Shown here piece after piece: positions 19,130-27,647 of a DNA stretch of 64,000 nucleotides (position 1 is its first letter; the number at the start of each line of letters is the position of its first letter). Made by a program: the position numbers and the translations under genes. The stretch is taken from positions 230,518-294,517 of the forward strand of contig CBDETN010000028.1 in NCBI GenBank assembly GCA_965242915.1, written 5' to 3'. A model generated the notes under the pieces. It had not been told where the DNA came from. It was given only the letters and a program-made list of their open reading frames with translations, and searched no databases. The stretch comes from Arcobacteraceae bacterium (lineage in GTDB: Bacteria > Campylobacterota > Campylobacteria > Campylobacterales > Arcobacteraceae).

Positions 19130-19395
19130 ATATTTTCTACTTCTATTAGGTTTGCTTCACTTTTTCTAAGCGTAATGGTGTAATTATGTATTTTTAACTC
19201 CATAGGATCATATAAAGGAGCTTCTCTTACTATCTCAACTTCACTTCCGGCAACAAATCCCATATCAAGAAGTTTATGCATAAGTTTTCCAGATGTATGA
19301 AGCTTTGCAATTTTATATTTTTGACCTTTACCCATACCATCCAATCTTCTATTTAGCTGCTTACCTTGACCTGAACCATCTTGCTTTAATCTCAT
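19126..19395 (-). CDS. feoA: ferrous iron transport protein FeoA
   Basis: Small SH3-like FeoA sequence (LLDMGFVAGSEVEIV). Overlaps the feoB start by 4 nt. The real start may be the internal ATG at 19335. Confidence 0.8.
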   Translation of the reverse strand: MRLKQDGSGQGKQLNRRLDGMGKGQKYKIAKLHTSGKLMHKLLDMGFVAGSEVEIVREAPLYDPMELKIHNYTITLRKSEANLIEVENI

Positions 19396-19475
19396 TTAAT
19401 TTTACCTTTTTAGAATCAATTTTGATAATTACTATTGAAATAATAACAAAGAGGAACTTTAATATAGCTTAATAT

Positions 19476-19490
19476 TGATAGTTGTTATCA
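19476..19490. promoter_or_regulatory. Fur-box-like palindrome TGATAGTTGTTATCA (extended AATATTGATA-N5-TATCAATATT) upstream of feoA
   Basis: 10-N5-10 inverted repeat about 81 nt upstream of the feoA ATG. Confidence 0.55.
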
Positions 19491-19506
19491 ATATTAATAA
19501 TATGAA

Positions 19507-20487
19507 CTATTCCCAATAAAATTCGTCATTAGGCAGTTTACCACCTATAGTTTTAGGATTGTTTTGTTCCAAAATACCATAAAAAAATTCTAAATCTTTT
19601 TTGGCATTAGAAGCATCTACACTATCTAAATTAACATATTCAATACTATCAGCTACACCAACAGCATCTAGCATTGGTAAGGTTTTTACCATTAATTCTC
19701 CAGCTTCTTTTGGATTTGCTTTATACCATGCTAAAGATTTATTGTATTCCTCTTTAAATCTTTTTACAATATATTCATTTTTAGCAATATCTCCAAGTAC
19801 CGCCATCCCCGCTTGTGGAATTTTTGCTTCAACTTTAAAAGTTTCTCCCCACTCTTTTTGCAAATCTGGTCCTCTATACAAATCAGGAGCAATTAATTTT
19901 AAAGGAAAAGATCCTGTTTTTCGCAAAGCTATAGAAGTAGCAGGTTCAGCTAAAAGTGCATGATCAATTCTTCTCATGATCAACATCTGCATAGCATCAA
20001 CTGGACTTCCTAAATATTTAAGTTTAAAATCTGTTTTAGGGTCTAACCCTTGTTTTTTAACAATCTCTTCAAATACAATATCCGGCATATCTGCACGAAA
20101 CGGCATACCTATCTCTTTACCTTTAAAATCTTGCAGAGTTTTTAGATTTTTATCTCTTGTCAAAATTGCTAATATCCCCCAAACTGAGATATTTAAAAGT
20201 TTTATATCTACACCTTTATTATAAAGGTTTGCTCCAACATTTGAAGGAACTGCAACAAAATCAGCACCTCCTTTTAAAGTCAAAGCTCTTAATTCATCTG
20301 GATTTTTCCATAATTTGAATTCAACTTTTTTTGCTACATCATCTAATGCACCAGTAGCCACCATATGAATAAGTGGATGAGAGACAGAAGCAACTGGTCC
20401 ACTTAATACTATCTTTTCTAATTTATTAAAAGCAGTTGCATTTATTGTAAATAATAATGCAGCTGCTAAACTTAATTTTTTTATCAT
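19507..20487 (-). CDS. ABC transporter periplasmic substrate-binding protein (NitT/TauT family), paralog 2
   Basis: 326 aa with signal peptide. Near-identical architecture and long identical stretches with the protein at 11501-12475. Confidence 0.8.
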   Translation of the reverse strand: MIKKLSLAAALLFTINATAFNKLEKIVLSGPVASVSHPLIHMVATGALDDVAKKVEFKLWKNPDELRALTLKGGADFVAVPSNVGANLYNKGVDIKLLNISVWGILAILTRDKNLKTLQDFKGKEIGMPFRADMPDIVFEEIVKKQGLDPKTDFKLKYLGSPVDAMQMLIMRRIDHALLAEPATSIALRKTGSFPLKLIAPDLYRGPDLQKEWGETFKVEAKIPQAGMAVLGDIAKNEYIVKRFKEEYNKSLAWYKANPKEAGELMVKTLPMLDAVGVADSIEYVNLDSVDASNAKKDLEFFYGILEQNNPKTIGGKLPNDEFYWE

Positions 20488-21029
20488 TTAATTTTTCCTT
20501 TTTTATATTTAGCACCCAATTTTGTAGCATATTTTAAAAGTTCTTTATATTGTTGTGCTGTTAATACTGCTCTTACATTATTTATACACTGCAAGTGTGC
20601 TTTTGTCAAATCAGTTCTAAGTTTAGAAATAGCATCAACTATCTCATATTGAGATTTAGCTGTATTTGTATCAATAGCAATATTGTCAGCTAGTTTTAAC
20701 TCTAGTATTTTAATATCTTTTGATGCTTTTATTACATAAGGCACTGTTTCTTTTTTAATCTTTTGAATAGCTTTGATTTGCTTTTGTGATAATCCCAAAT
20801 TTGAACTTTGAGGATGATGTAAACTCAATCCTGCTAAAAATGGTAAATTATTTGGCACTAAAAAATAATCTTTTGGAAAATTCTCTTTACCTTTATAAAA
20901 CTGTCCTTGTTCTCCTGCCATCTTTGCTAACTTTGCTCCAAAATCTCCTCTTGGTACATTTGGTTCTGCCATTAATAGTGTTGCTACACCTAAACTTAAT
21001 CCTACTGCTACTATTTTTTTATAAATCAA
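20484..21029 (-). CDS. secreted hypothetical protein
   Basis: 181 aa with signal peptide. 4-nt overlap with the downstream substrate-binding-protein gene, so co-transcribed. Confidence 0.5.
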   Translation of the reverse strand: MIYKKIVAVGLSLGVATLLMAEPNVPRGDFGAKLAKMAGEQGQFYKGKENFPKDYFLVPNNLPFLAGLSLHHPQSSNLGLSQKQIKAIQKIKKETVPYVIKASKDIKILELKLADNIAIDTNTAKSQYEIVDAISKLRTDLTKAHLQCINNVRAVLTAQQYKELLKYATKLGAKYKKGKIK

Positions 21030-21062
21030 AATTTATCCTTTGGTTAAATTGTGTAATCATTT

Positions 21063-21398
21063 TTATAATTCCTTTTGTGTACCATATAAATGGTATATTT
21101 GATTGTGTTTTTTATTTTCTTCACAAGTATAATGTTTAATATTTGATTTTGTTAATAATCTGTGCTTTACTACACAACTATTAATAGAACAATTTTGACA
21201 AATATCTATTGCATTTTCTTTTAAACCACGACTCTGAAAAGATTTAAAAACACTTAGTATTGTATTTTTTTCATAATGTTCAATATAGTAAGATATTAAA
21301 CTACATCTAGTATCACTAGATGCGAACATATCTTCTACTTTTTTTATCTCACTTTGATTTACTGCACTACAAAATTTTTCATAAGTATTTACAACCAT
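21063..21398 (-). CDS. hypothetical Cys-rich protein
   Basis: 111-aa ORF, no family recognised. Confidence 0.35.
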   Translation of the reverse strand: MVVNTYEKFCSAVNQSEIKKVEDMFASSDTRCSLISYYIEHYEKNTILSVFKSFQSRGLKENAIDICQNCSINSCVVKHRLLTKSNIKHYTCEENKKHNQIYHLYGTQKEL

Positions 21399-21418
21399 TT
21401 TATTTACTCCTTTATATA

Positions 21419-21622
21419 TTATTTTCTTGAACTAATGATTTGTAACTCAAAATTTTTTTCAAATTTACGATGAATTCTATTGTTATCAAGTAAAAATTCT
21501 ATTTCCAAATATTCATCAATATTTGTATCTTCATTAGATTTCAGATTTATCACTCTATTATTTTTTTCATCAAATTGAAAAGTGCTAAATTTATTTATCT
21601 CAGCTATTACTTGTGGCGGCAT
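21419..21622 (-). CDS. small hypothetical protein (paralog of the 39-aa ORF at 21798-21917)
   Basis: 67 aa. Shares the FxFDxxNNxVIN motif with the micro-ORF downstream of fldA. Confidence 0.35.
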   Translation of the reverse strand: MPPQVIAEINKFSTFQFDEKNNRVINLKSNEDTNIDEYLEIEFLLDNNRIHRKFEKNFELQIISSRK

Positions 21623-21797
21623 ATTTTATCCTTTTGCATTAAATTTTATATCTTTAAAGAAGCCTTGCAAATACTAGTTATTATGTCAAGCTAATAATTT
21701 GTATTATTGTTATCTATGAAATTGCAAGTCATTTTTTTAGGAGAAAGACTAGGAACAACTGCAAGACTTCTTTAACAATATATAGGAAGCAAGAAAG

Positions 21798-21917
21798 TTA
21801 TCCCTTTTTAATTCCTAAATAAACATTTATATCTATAACCTCTTTTGTTCTTATATTTATAACTTTATTATTTGATTTATCAAATCTAAAAGTATCTATT
21901 TTAGTTGTATTTTTCAT
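21798..21917 (-). CDS. 39-aa micro-ORF translationally coupled to fldA
   Basis: Its ATG overlaps the fldA TGA stop (ATGA on the minus strand at 21914-21917). Sequence MKNTTKIDTFRFDKSNNKVINIRTKEVIDINVYLGIKKG. Not in the ORF track. Confidence 0.35.
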   Translation of the reverse strand: MKNTTKIDTFRFDKSNNKVINIRTKEVIDINVYLGIKKG

Positions 21918-22414
21918 AAAATATCAGCCTTAATTTGTTCGCACCATTTTTCAATTCTATCATCAGATAATTCATCTTGATTGTCTTCATCCAATGCTAG
22001 TCCTACAAACCTATCATTTTCTATTGCCATTGATGCTTCATGATAATACTCTTCACCAATTTCCCAGTGACCTACAACTGTTGCACCATTTTGAATAAGT
22101 TTTTCATATATTATTCCCATAGCATCTAAATAAAAATCACAATAACCATCTTGATCACCTAAACCAAATAATGCTACAGTTTTACCAGAAAAATCAATTT
22201 TGCTGAATTCATCCCATATATCCAACCAATCATCTGGCAGTTCACCATCTCCCCAAGTATAAGAACCTAAAATAACTTTATCATATTCAGCAATAGATGT
22301 TATTCCACCATCTGCTATATCAAAATATGGTATATTCTCTAAATTATTAGATATTTGTTGTGCTGCACCTTCTGTGTTTCCAGTACTACTTGCATAAAAT
22401 ATTGCTGCTGCCAT
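21914..22414 (-). CDS. fldA: long-chain flavodoxin
   Basis: Start trimmed to ATG 22414 (MAAAIFYASSTGNTE phosphate-binding loop), GGAAAG RBS, flavodoxin fold motifs throughout. Confidence 0.9.
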   Translation of the reverse strand: MAAAIFYASSTGNTEGAAQQISNNLENIPYFDIADGGITSIAEYDKVILGSYTWGDGELPDDWLDIWDEFSKIDFSGKTVALFGLGDQDGYCDFYLDAMGIIYEKLIQNGATVVGHWEIGEEYYHEASMAIENDRFVGLALDEDNQDELSDDRIEKWCEQIKADIL

Positions 22415-22853
22415 TACATCTTTCCTTTTTATATAAATCATTTAACGAATATGGTATGATTTTTATCATATATTCGCCACAGGTTTCCTCTAAAAGAGGT
22501 ACTTTTATCTCTATGTGTTTATCAAAATTTTCATTTCTTGGATATACAAAATAGATATACTTTATATCGCCATTTTGAATAATATTAGTGGCTTTCGTTA
22601 CCTCATATTGCAATGAGAGATTATTTTTATCCATATCTTTAAAAATTGGAATAACCCTTATAGCTTCATGTTTAACTGGAATTATATCTATACAGTCAGT
22701 ACCTTTTTCTACAAATCTATTTTTTGTATTTCTTGATATTTTAGTAAATACAAATTCAAAGAACTTTTGATCTAAAGTTTCCTTAGTATTTAGTTTGTTA
22801 AATATATTTGTACATTGTCCTCGTACCTGCGGGGTTACACCATTGAAGCTCAT
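22386..22853 (-). CDS. hypothetical protein, first gene of the fldA operon
   Basis: 155 aa. Overlaps the fldA start by 29 nt. No family recognised. Confidence 0.45.
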   Translation of the reverse strand: MSFNGVTPQVRGQCTNIFNKLNTKETLDQKFFEFVFTKISRNTKNRFVEKGTDCIDIIPVKHEAIRVIPIFKDMDKNNLSLQYEVTKATNIIQNGDIKYIYFVYPRNENFDKHIEIKVPLLEETCGEYMIKIIPYSLNDLYKKERCNGSSNILCK

Positions 22854-22874
22854 CTACATATCCTTTTATAATAT

Positions 22875-22889
22875 TGATAATTGCTATCA
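22875..22889. promoter_or_regulatory. Fur-box-like palindrome TGATAATTGCTATCA
   Basis: 22 nt upstream of the operon's first start codon. Confidence 0.5.
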
Positions 22890-22930
22890 ATAAAAGTATA
22901 GGGAATTAAAGCTTTAATTATACTTAATAT

Positions 22931-22945
22931 TGATAGTGGTTATCA
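22931..22945. promoter_or_regulatory. Fur-box-like palindrome TGATAGTGGTTATCA
   Basis: Second copy 56 nt further upstream. Together with 22875-22889 forms a tandem operator arrangement. Confidence 0.5.
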
Positions 22946-22956
22946 AAAAGAATAAG

Positions 22957-23373
22957 TTATTGAAATATTATTTGCGAAAGCACAACAACAACCATCATTA
23001 AGCCAAAGAAAAGATAATGAAAAAATTGTGAAAACCATTTTATATGTTTTAGTTTTTGCATAATTATAGGCACAACATAAAAGGAAAGTGCTAATAATAA
23101 TCCAATTGTTGCTTTAATATGAAGTAAAATATTTATAGTTTCAAGATGCAAACTAAATAGATACAATCCACTAAAAATTAGGAATATATTGTTAATCTTG
23201 ATAATGCTTCTGGCTTTCATACCGGTTAACGCATCTATATCCATATATGCTGACTTATCATATTTTGATTTAAGAACCGGAATAATAAAAGTCCTAAAAC
23301 TTACAACCCCTATAAAAAATATTGCTGATATTATATGTGTTATTTTTGCAAGTATGTATATTGTCAAAATCAT
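22957..23373 (-). CDS. small integral membrane protein
   Basis: 138 aa, 4 TM. Follows the ABC permease gene. Confidence 0.45.
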   Translation of the reverse strand: MILTIYILAKITHIISAIFFIGVVSFRTFIIPVLKSKYDKSAYMDIDALTGMKARSIIKINNIFLIFSGLYLFSLHLETINILLHIKATIGLLLALSFYVVPIIMQKLKHIKWFSQFFHYLFFGLMMVVVVLSQIIFQ

Positions 23374-23394
23374 CTCCTTTTTTATTATTAATCT

Positions 23395-25026
23395 TTAATG
23401 TAATTTTATGCTTCTTGTTTTTTCTAACTTTTGATTTGAATATTTAATATCTTTTTTTGTAAACACAACTGCAAAATAATCTTCACCATCATCATATCGC
23501 AGAAGATAATTTAAAGGATTTGATATAAGTTTCAGCTTCATACTCTTATAATCAAATTTTGGCAAAGGAAGTTTTATAAATTCAAAATTCCAAGTTAAAA
23601 AATAAAAGTTACTATTTTTATCTATAGCATAACCACTAAGAAGTTTTTGTTTATTTTCTGATATTTTAATATATGCCAAATCTAAATTTTCGGGATAGTT
23701 GATTTTATTTACTTCTATTTGATTATTTTGTCGTTTTATATTAAATAGTTGATTTTTACTATCAAGCACTAAATATCCCTTGTCATAAGGCTTCATATTT
23801 GTAGGTTTTCCCCAGATATGAAGTGCCGGGTATATAAAATCATTTGTTTCTAATTTGGTATTCAGCCGGGCTGTTAGAGTATCAACTACACCATTATCAT
23901 AATCATATATAAAAGCTCCCTTGTTAGTGATATTAAACATCTCTTCAGGAAACTTTATCATCCCTTTGTTCTTTTGCGGGTTTAAAAGAGGATATAATTC
24001 AACTTCAAGCTTTTTCAACATATTTGGATTGTAACTGAAACCTAATCTTGAATTCTTTATAGTATTTTTATCAAATTTAACACCATCAATATTAAGTGGT
24101 AATTTTCCCTGAATATCAAGATTTCGCCAATATACAAATGGTAAATATGACTCATAAGTGGTTCTATTAAAAGTTTTTTTATCTTTGATTCCATACTCAA
24201 ATTGATGATGACCAAAGTTTTTCTGATATACAAAATCTTTTGCGATATTTGAGTAAAATATATAATATTTATTGAACTCTTTTTTATAATTTTCTTTATA
24301 ATCTATATAACCGCCGTAAAAAAGTGCCAAAATAACAAATACTCCACTTACTTTAAAAAATATAGAACTTAATCTTTGCTCCTTAATACTATAAAAACTA
24401 TCAAGAGCTACAAATGGTATAAAAGCTAAAAACAGTAACCAAATAGTATCTTCAACTAAAAACTGATTTTTTAAAAATAAGATAATAAATAAAGCAACAA
24501 TAATAAATTTTATAAATACAACTATAGGTTTTTTCTCAATAATTACAGAACTTAACCCGACATATAAAATAATTGAAGCAAAACTATAAGCAATAGTATC
24601 TTTAAATGCTGTTTGTATTATAATATCCGGATAATACTGCATTAAAATAAGCAGCAAAGATATAGCCAATACAGAACAAAGAAAACTAACAAATCCAATA
24701 CCTATAAAAAGATGATAAAACAGACTATCCCTCATATTTAAAGGAAGATGAGCCATAATCTTTATACGGTCTTGTATTCTCTCAGGCAAAAACTGTGCTG
24801 CAGAAATAATAGCACCCAAACTTAAAAATAAATATGACAAATAAAAATAAGGCTTATCTTCAAGATGTGCAAATTTATACCACATCATAGATTCAGGTTC
24901 AATAGTTGCAAATGCAAAATCTAAATTTAAACCAAAATATCCCAAACTAGCTACTATAAGAGATAACATCCCTAAAAAATAAAACCTAAGTTTTAACCAC
25001 TCTTTTTTTATAATTGAATTTATCAT
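23395..25026 (-). CDS. ABC-2-type permease with large C-terminal extracytoplasmic domain
   Basis: 543 aa. N-terminal about 230 aa with 6 TM (IKKEWLKL start typical of ABC-2 permeases), then a roughly 300-aa soluble domain. Confidence 0.5.
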   Translation of the reverse strand: MINSIIKKEWLKLRFYFLGMLSLIVASLGYFGLNLDFAFATIEPESMMWYKFAHLEDKPYFYLSYLFLSLGAIISAAQFLPERIQDRIKIMAHLPLNMRDSLFYHLFIGIGFVSFLCSVLAISLLLILMQYYPDIIIQTAFKDTIAYSFASIILYVGLSSVIIEKKPIVVFIKFIIVALFIILFLKNQFLVEDTIWLLFLAFIPFVALDSFYSIKEQRLSSIFFKVSGVFVILALFYGGYIDYKENYKKEFNKYYIFYSNIAKDFVYQKNFGHHQFEYGIKDKKTFNRTTYESYLPFVYWRNLDIQGKLPLNIDGVKFDKNTIKNSRLGFSYNPNMLKKLEVELYPLLNPQKNKGMIKFPEEMFNITNKGAFIYDYDNGVVDTLTARLNTKLETNDFIYPALHIWGKPTNMKPYDKGYLVLDSKNQLFNIKRQNNQIEVNKINYPENLDLAYIKISENKQKLLSGYAIDKNSNFYFLTWNFEFIKLPLPKFDYKSMKLKLISNPLNYLLRYDDGEDYFAVVFTKKDIKYSNQKLEKTRSIKLH

Positions 25027-25036
25027 CGTATCTCTT

Positions 25037-25858
25037 TTAATATTTCCCTACAAAATCTAAAAACTTATCTTCAAAGCTAGTTGATTTATCTTTGTTAAAA
25101 TTATCCATAGTATCTTTATGAATTATTCCACCTTTTTGAACTATCACCATATCATCTATTAGATTTTCTAGATCATTCATAACATGTGAAGTTATAAGTA
25201 CAGTTTTATTTGTATTTTTGATATAATCTTTCAGATAATCTATAAAAAGTCTTCTATATCCGGCATCAAGCCCCATAGAATAATCATCCAGCATAAGAAG
25301 TTTGGCATCTTGAGCAAATAAACACCCTAATACCACTTGCGATTTTTGTCCAAATGAGAGTGAACTAATCTTTTGTTTATAATCAAGCTTCATCAAATCA
25401 ACCAAATCATAAAAAACTTTACTTTTCCATTTTGGATAAAATGGTGCAAAAAACTTTTCAATCTGCACTATAGACATATAATCATAAGAGATAAAACCTT
25501 CATGAAGTAATGCTATTTGTTCTTTTGTCTTTGATGATAGATTATGTGATGGCTCATTAAATATCAAACACTCACCACTTTTTGGTTTAAGATAGCCCAT
25601 AAGTATATTTATCAAAGTTGATTTTCCAACACCATTTTTACCTAAAAGTCCAAATACGCTGCCTTGATATATATCTATATTTAGATTTTCATAAATCTTT
25701 TTAGTGCCATAACTATGACTTAGATTTTTTATCTCTATTATTTTTTGTTTATTTTTTTCACAGAAATTTCGCTTAAGCTTATTTTGTTCCACAACTTCCT
25801 CCACAACCATCACATCCACCACTTTTAAATAGTTTTTTGTATAAATAATATAAGGCAC
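25037..25858 (-). CDS. ABC transporter ATP-binding protein
   Basis: Walker A GKNGVGKST, signature LSFGQKSQV, Walker B LLMLDD. Confidence 0.8.
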   Translation of the reverse strand: MPYIIYTKNYLKVVDVMVVEEVVEQNKLKRNFCEKNKQKIIEIKNLSHSYGTKKIYENLNIDIYQGSVFGLLGKNGVGKSTLINILMGYLKPKSGECLIFNEPSHNLSSKTKEQIALLHEGFISYDYMSIVQIEKFFAPFYPKWKSKVFYDLVDLMKLDYKQKISSLSFGQKSQVVLGCLFAQDAKLLMLDDYSMGLDAGYRRLFIDYLKDYIKNTNKTVLITSHVMNDLENLIDDMVIVQKGGIIHKDTMDNFNKDKSTSFEDKFLDFVGKY

Positions 25859-25891
25859 CTATAGTTATGATGGTTAAAAAAATACTATCCA

Positions 25892-26362
25892 TTATATTGT
25901 ATGAGCTTGACATTTTTTACATACTCCATTTATAATTACATTAAAATTTGTTGATTGAAACTCTAAACTCTTTAAGTTAGTTAAAAACATATCATGTATA
26001 TCTAAACTCTCAAATTCCGCAATTTTATGACACTCTTGACAGTACAGATGATAGTGTGGCTTTTTAAAATATAACAATTCGTATCTTTTTTTATCATCCA
26101 CAGTTATACTGTCAACGATACCATAGGCTTCAAATGATGACAATACTCTATATACTGTCGTTGTAGTTAAACAGTTACTTTCTTGATTATTGGATATTTT
26201 TACAATATCTATAACACTTAAATGCTCACTATTTTCAAATAATATCTCTATTATCTTTGTTTTATTAATTGTTAATATCTGATTGAGTGAAGCAAGTCGT
26301 TTATCAACAATATTTAAAAAATTTAAATACTCTTGTATTTCTTTTTTTGACATTTTACACAT
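25892..26362 (-). CDS. Fur-family transcriptional regulator (paralog, specificity unknown)
   Basis: 156 aa. DNA-binding helix TTVYRVL, metal-site HYHLYCQEC and C-terminal CKKC. Confidence 0.7.
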   Translation of the reverse strand: MCKMSKKEIQEYLNFLNIVDKRLASLNQILTINKTKIIEILFENSEHLSVIDIVKISNNQESNCLTTTTVYRVLSSFEAYGIVDSITVDDKKRYELLYFKKPHYHLYCQECHKIAEFESLDIHDMFLTNLKSLEFQSTNFNVIINGVCKKCQAHTI

Positions 26363-26613
26363 CTATTTACTTAGTTTAGTACAGACTTAGTGACTCTAAG
26401 AGCTTGGTCTTTAGATACATCTTTATGCCTCATATATAATATTTTCATAATAGGACATAACATCTCTTGCGTTTTTTGAAAGCCTGATTGAATAACTAAA
26501 CGATTTACTTTTACTTTCAATTGTATATCTGACATTTTATATCCTATTATATATTGATATTCATTATTAATATTGAAATATTAGAGTAAAATATCTTAAA
26601 TACTGCTTAATAT

Positions 26614-26628
26614 TGATAGCTATTATCA
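26614..26628. promoter_or_regulatory. Fur-box-like palindrome TGATAGCTATTATCA (extended AATATTGATA-N5-TATCAATAT) in the fur promoter
   Basis: 62 nt upstream of the fur ATG, in the intergenic region shared with the divergent Fur-family paralog. Likely autoregulatory. Confidence 0.5.
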
Positions 26629-26689
26629 ATATCACGGTTTAAAATAGATTGTGTTATAATAATGTATAAATAAAGGGGAGATTAACGCT

Positions 26690-27130
26690 ATGCAAGATAA
26701 TTCACAAATCATAGATAAATTAAAAACTATTATTAAAGAAAAGGGTTTGAAATACACAAAACAAAGAGAAGTTGTATTTGAGACTATTTTAAATTGTAAA
26801 AAACATTTAAGTGCAGAAGAGCTTTATCATATAATACTTGAAAAGTATCCAAATGAAAAAATAGGTATTGCTACAGTATATCGTGCCTTAGTATTTTTGG
26901 AAGAATCAAATCTTATCTCGTCAATTTCACTTGATAAGGAAACAAAAAAATTTGAAACTAGTTTTAAAAAACATCATGACCATCTTATATGTGTCAAGTG
27001 TAATAAAATTATAGAATTTATAAATGAAAAAATTGAAAAAGAGCAAGAAAAAATAGCTAAAGAAAATGGCTTTAAACTTTTAAATCATACTATGCATCTA
27101 TATGGAGTATGTAAAGATTGCAATGATTAG
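26690..27130 (+). CDS. fur: ferric uptake regulator Fur
   Basis: 146 aa. GLKYTKQREV, GIATVYRAL, HHDHLICVKCNKIIEF and HLYGVCKDC match Campylobacter-type Fur nearly motif for motif. Confidence 0.85.
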   Translation: MQDNSQIIDKLKTIIKEKGLKYTKQREVVFETILNCKKHLSAEELYHIILEKYPNEKIGIATVYRALVFLEESNLISSISLDKETKKFETSFKKHHDHLICVKCNKIIEFINEKIEKEQEKIAKENGFKLLNHTMHLYGVCKDCND

Positions 27131-27647
27131 ATTTTTTTGTTTAGTTTGTCTAGGATTTAACTTTTTATTAGCACATCCACATACTTTTATAGAAGTGTAT
27201 CCTACAATTGAAGTAAAAAATAATACAACAGTTAAAATAAATTTTAAATGGAAGCTGGATGAGATGACCTCATCTATACTGATCATGGAATTTGATCAAA
27301 ATAGTGACGGCAAGATAGATAAAAAAGAAAATAAGTTTATCTATACGAGTTATTTTATATCTTTAAAAGATTATAACTTTTATACAGATATAAAAATCAA
27401 AGATAAAACACAATTCTTTCCAGAACCTAAAAACTTTAAAGCCACAATTGAAAATAATAAAATATGCTATTCTTTTGATATAGAAGAAAAATATAATATA
27501 AAAGATACAAAATTTGACTTTGGAGATGAAGAGTTTTTTGTAGCGATGATTTTGAAAAAAGAATTTGTAAAAGTTACAGGGGCTGATTTTAAAGTTAGTG
27601 AATTGGACAATGACTTTTATTTTGGATATAGACTGGAGCTGAAATAA
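27123..27647 (+). CDS. DUF1007-family periplasmic protein
   Basis: Signal peptide MIRFFCLVCLGFNFLLA, mature HPHTF. Start overlaps the fur stop (ATGATTAG). Confidence 0.55.
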   Translation: MIRFFCLVCLGFNFLLAHPHTFIEVYPTIEVKNNTTVKINFKWKLDEMTSSILIMEFDQNSDGKIDKKENKFIYTSYFISLKDYNFYTDIKIKDKTQFFPEPKNFKATIENNKICYSFDIEEKYNIKDTKFDFGDEEFFVAMILKKEFVKVTGADFKVSELDNDFYFGYRLELK

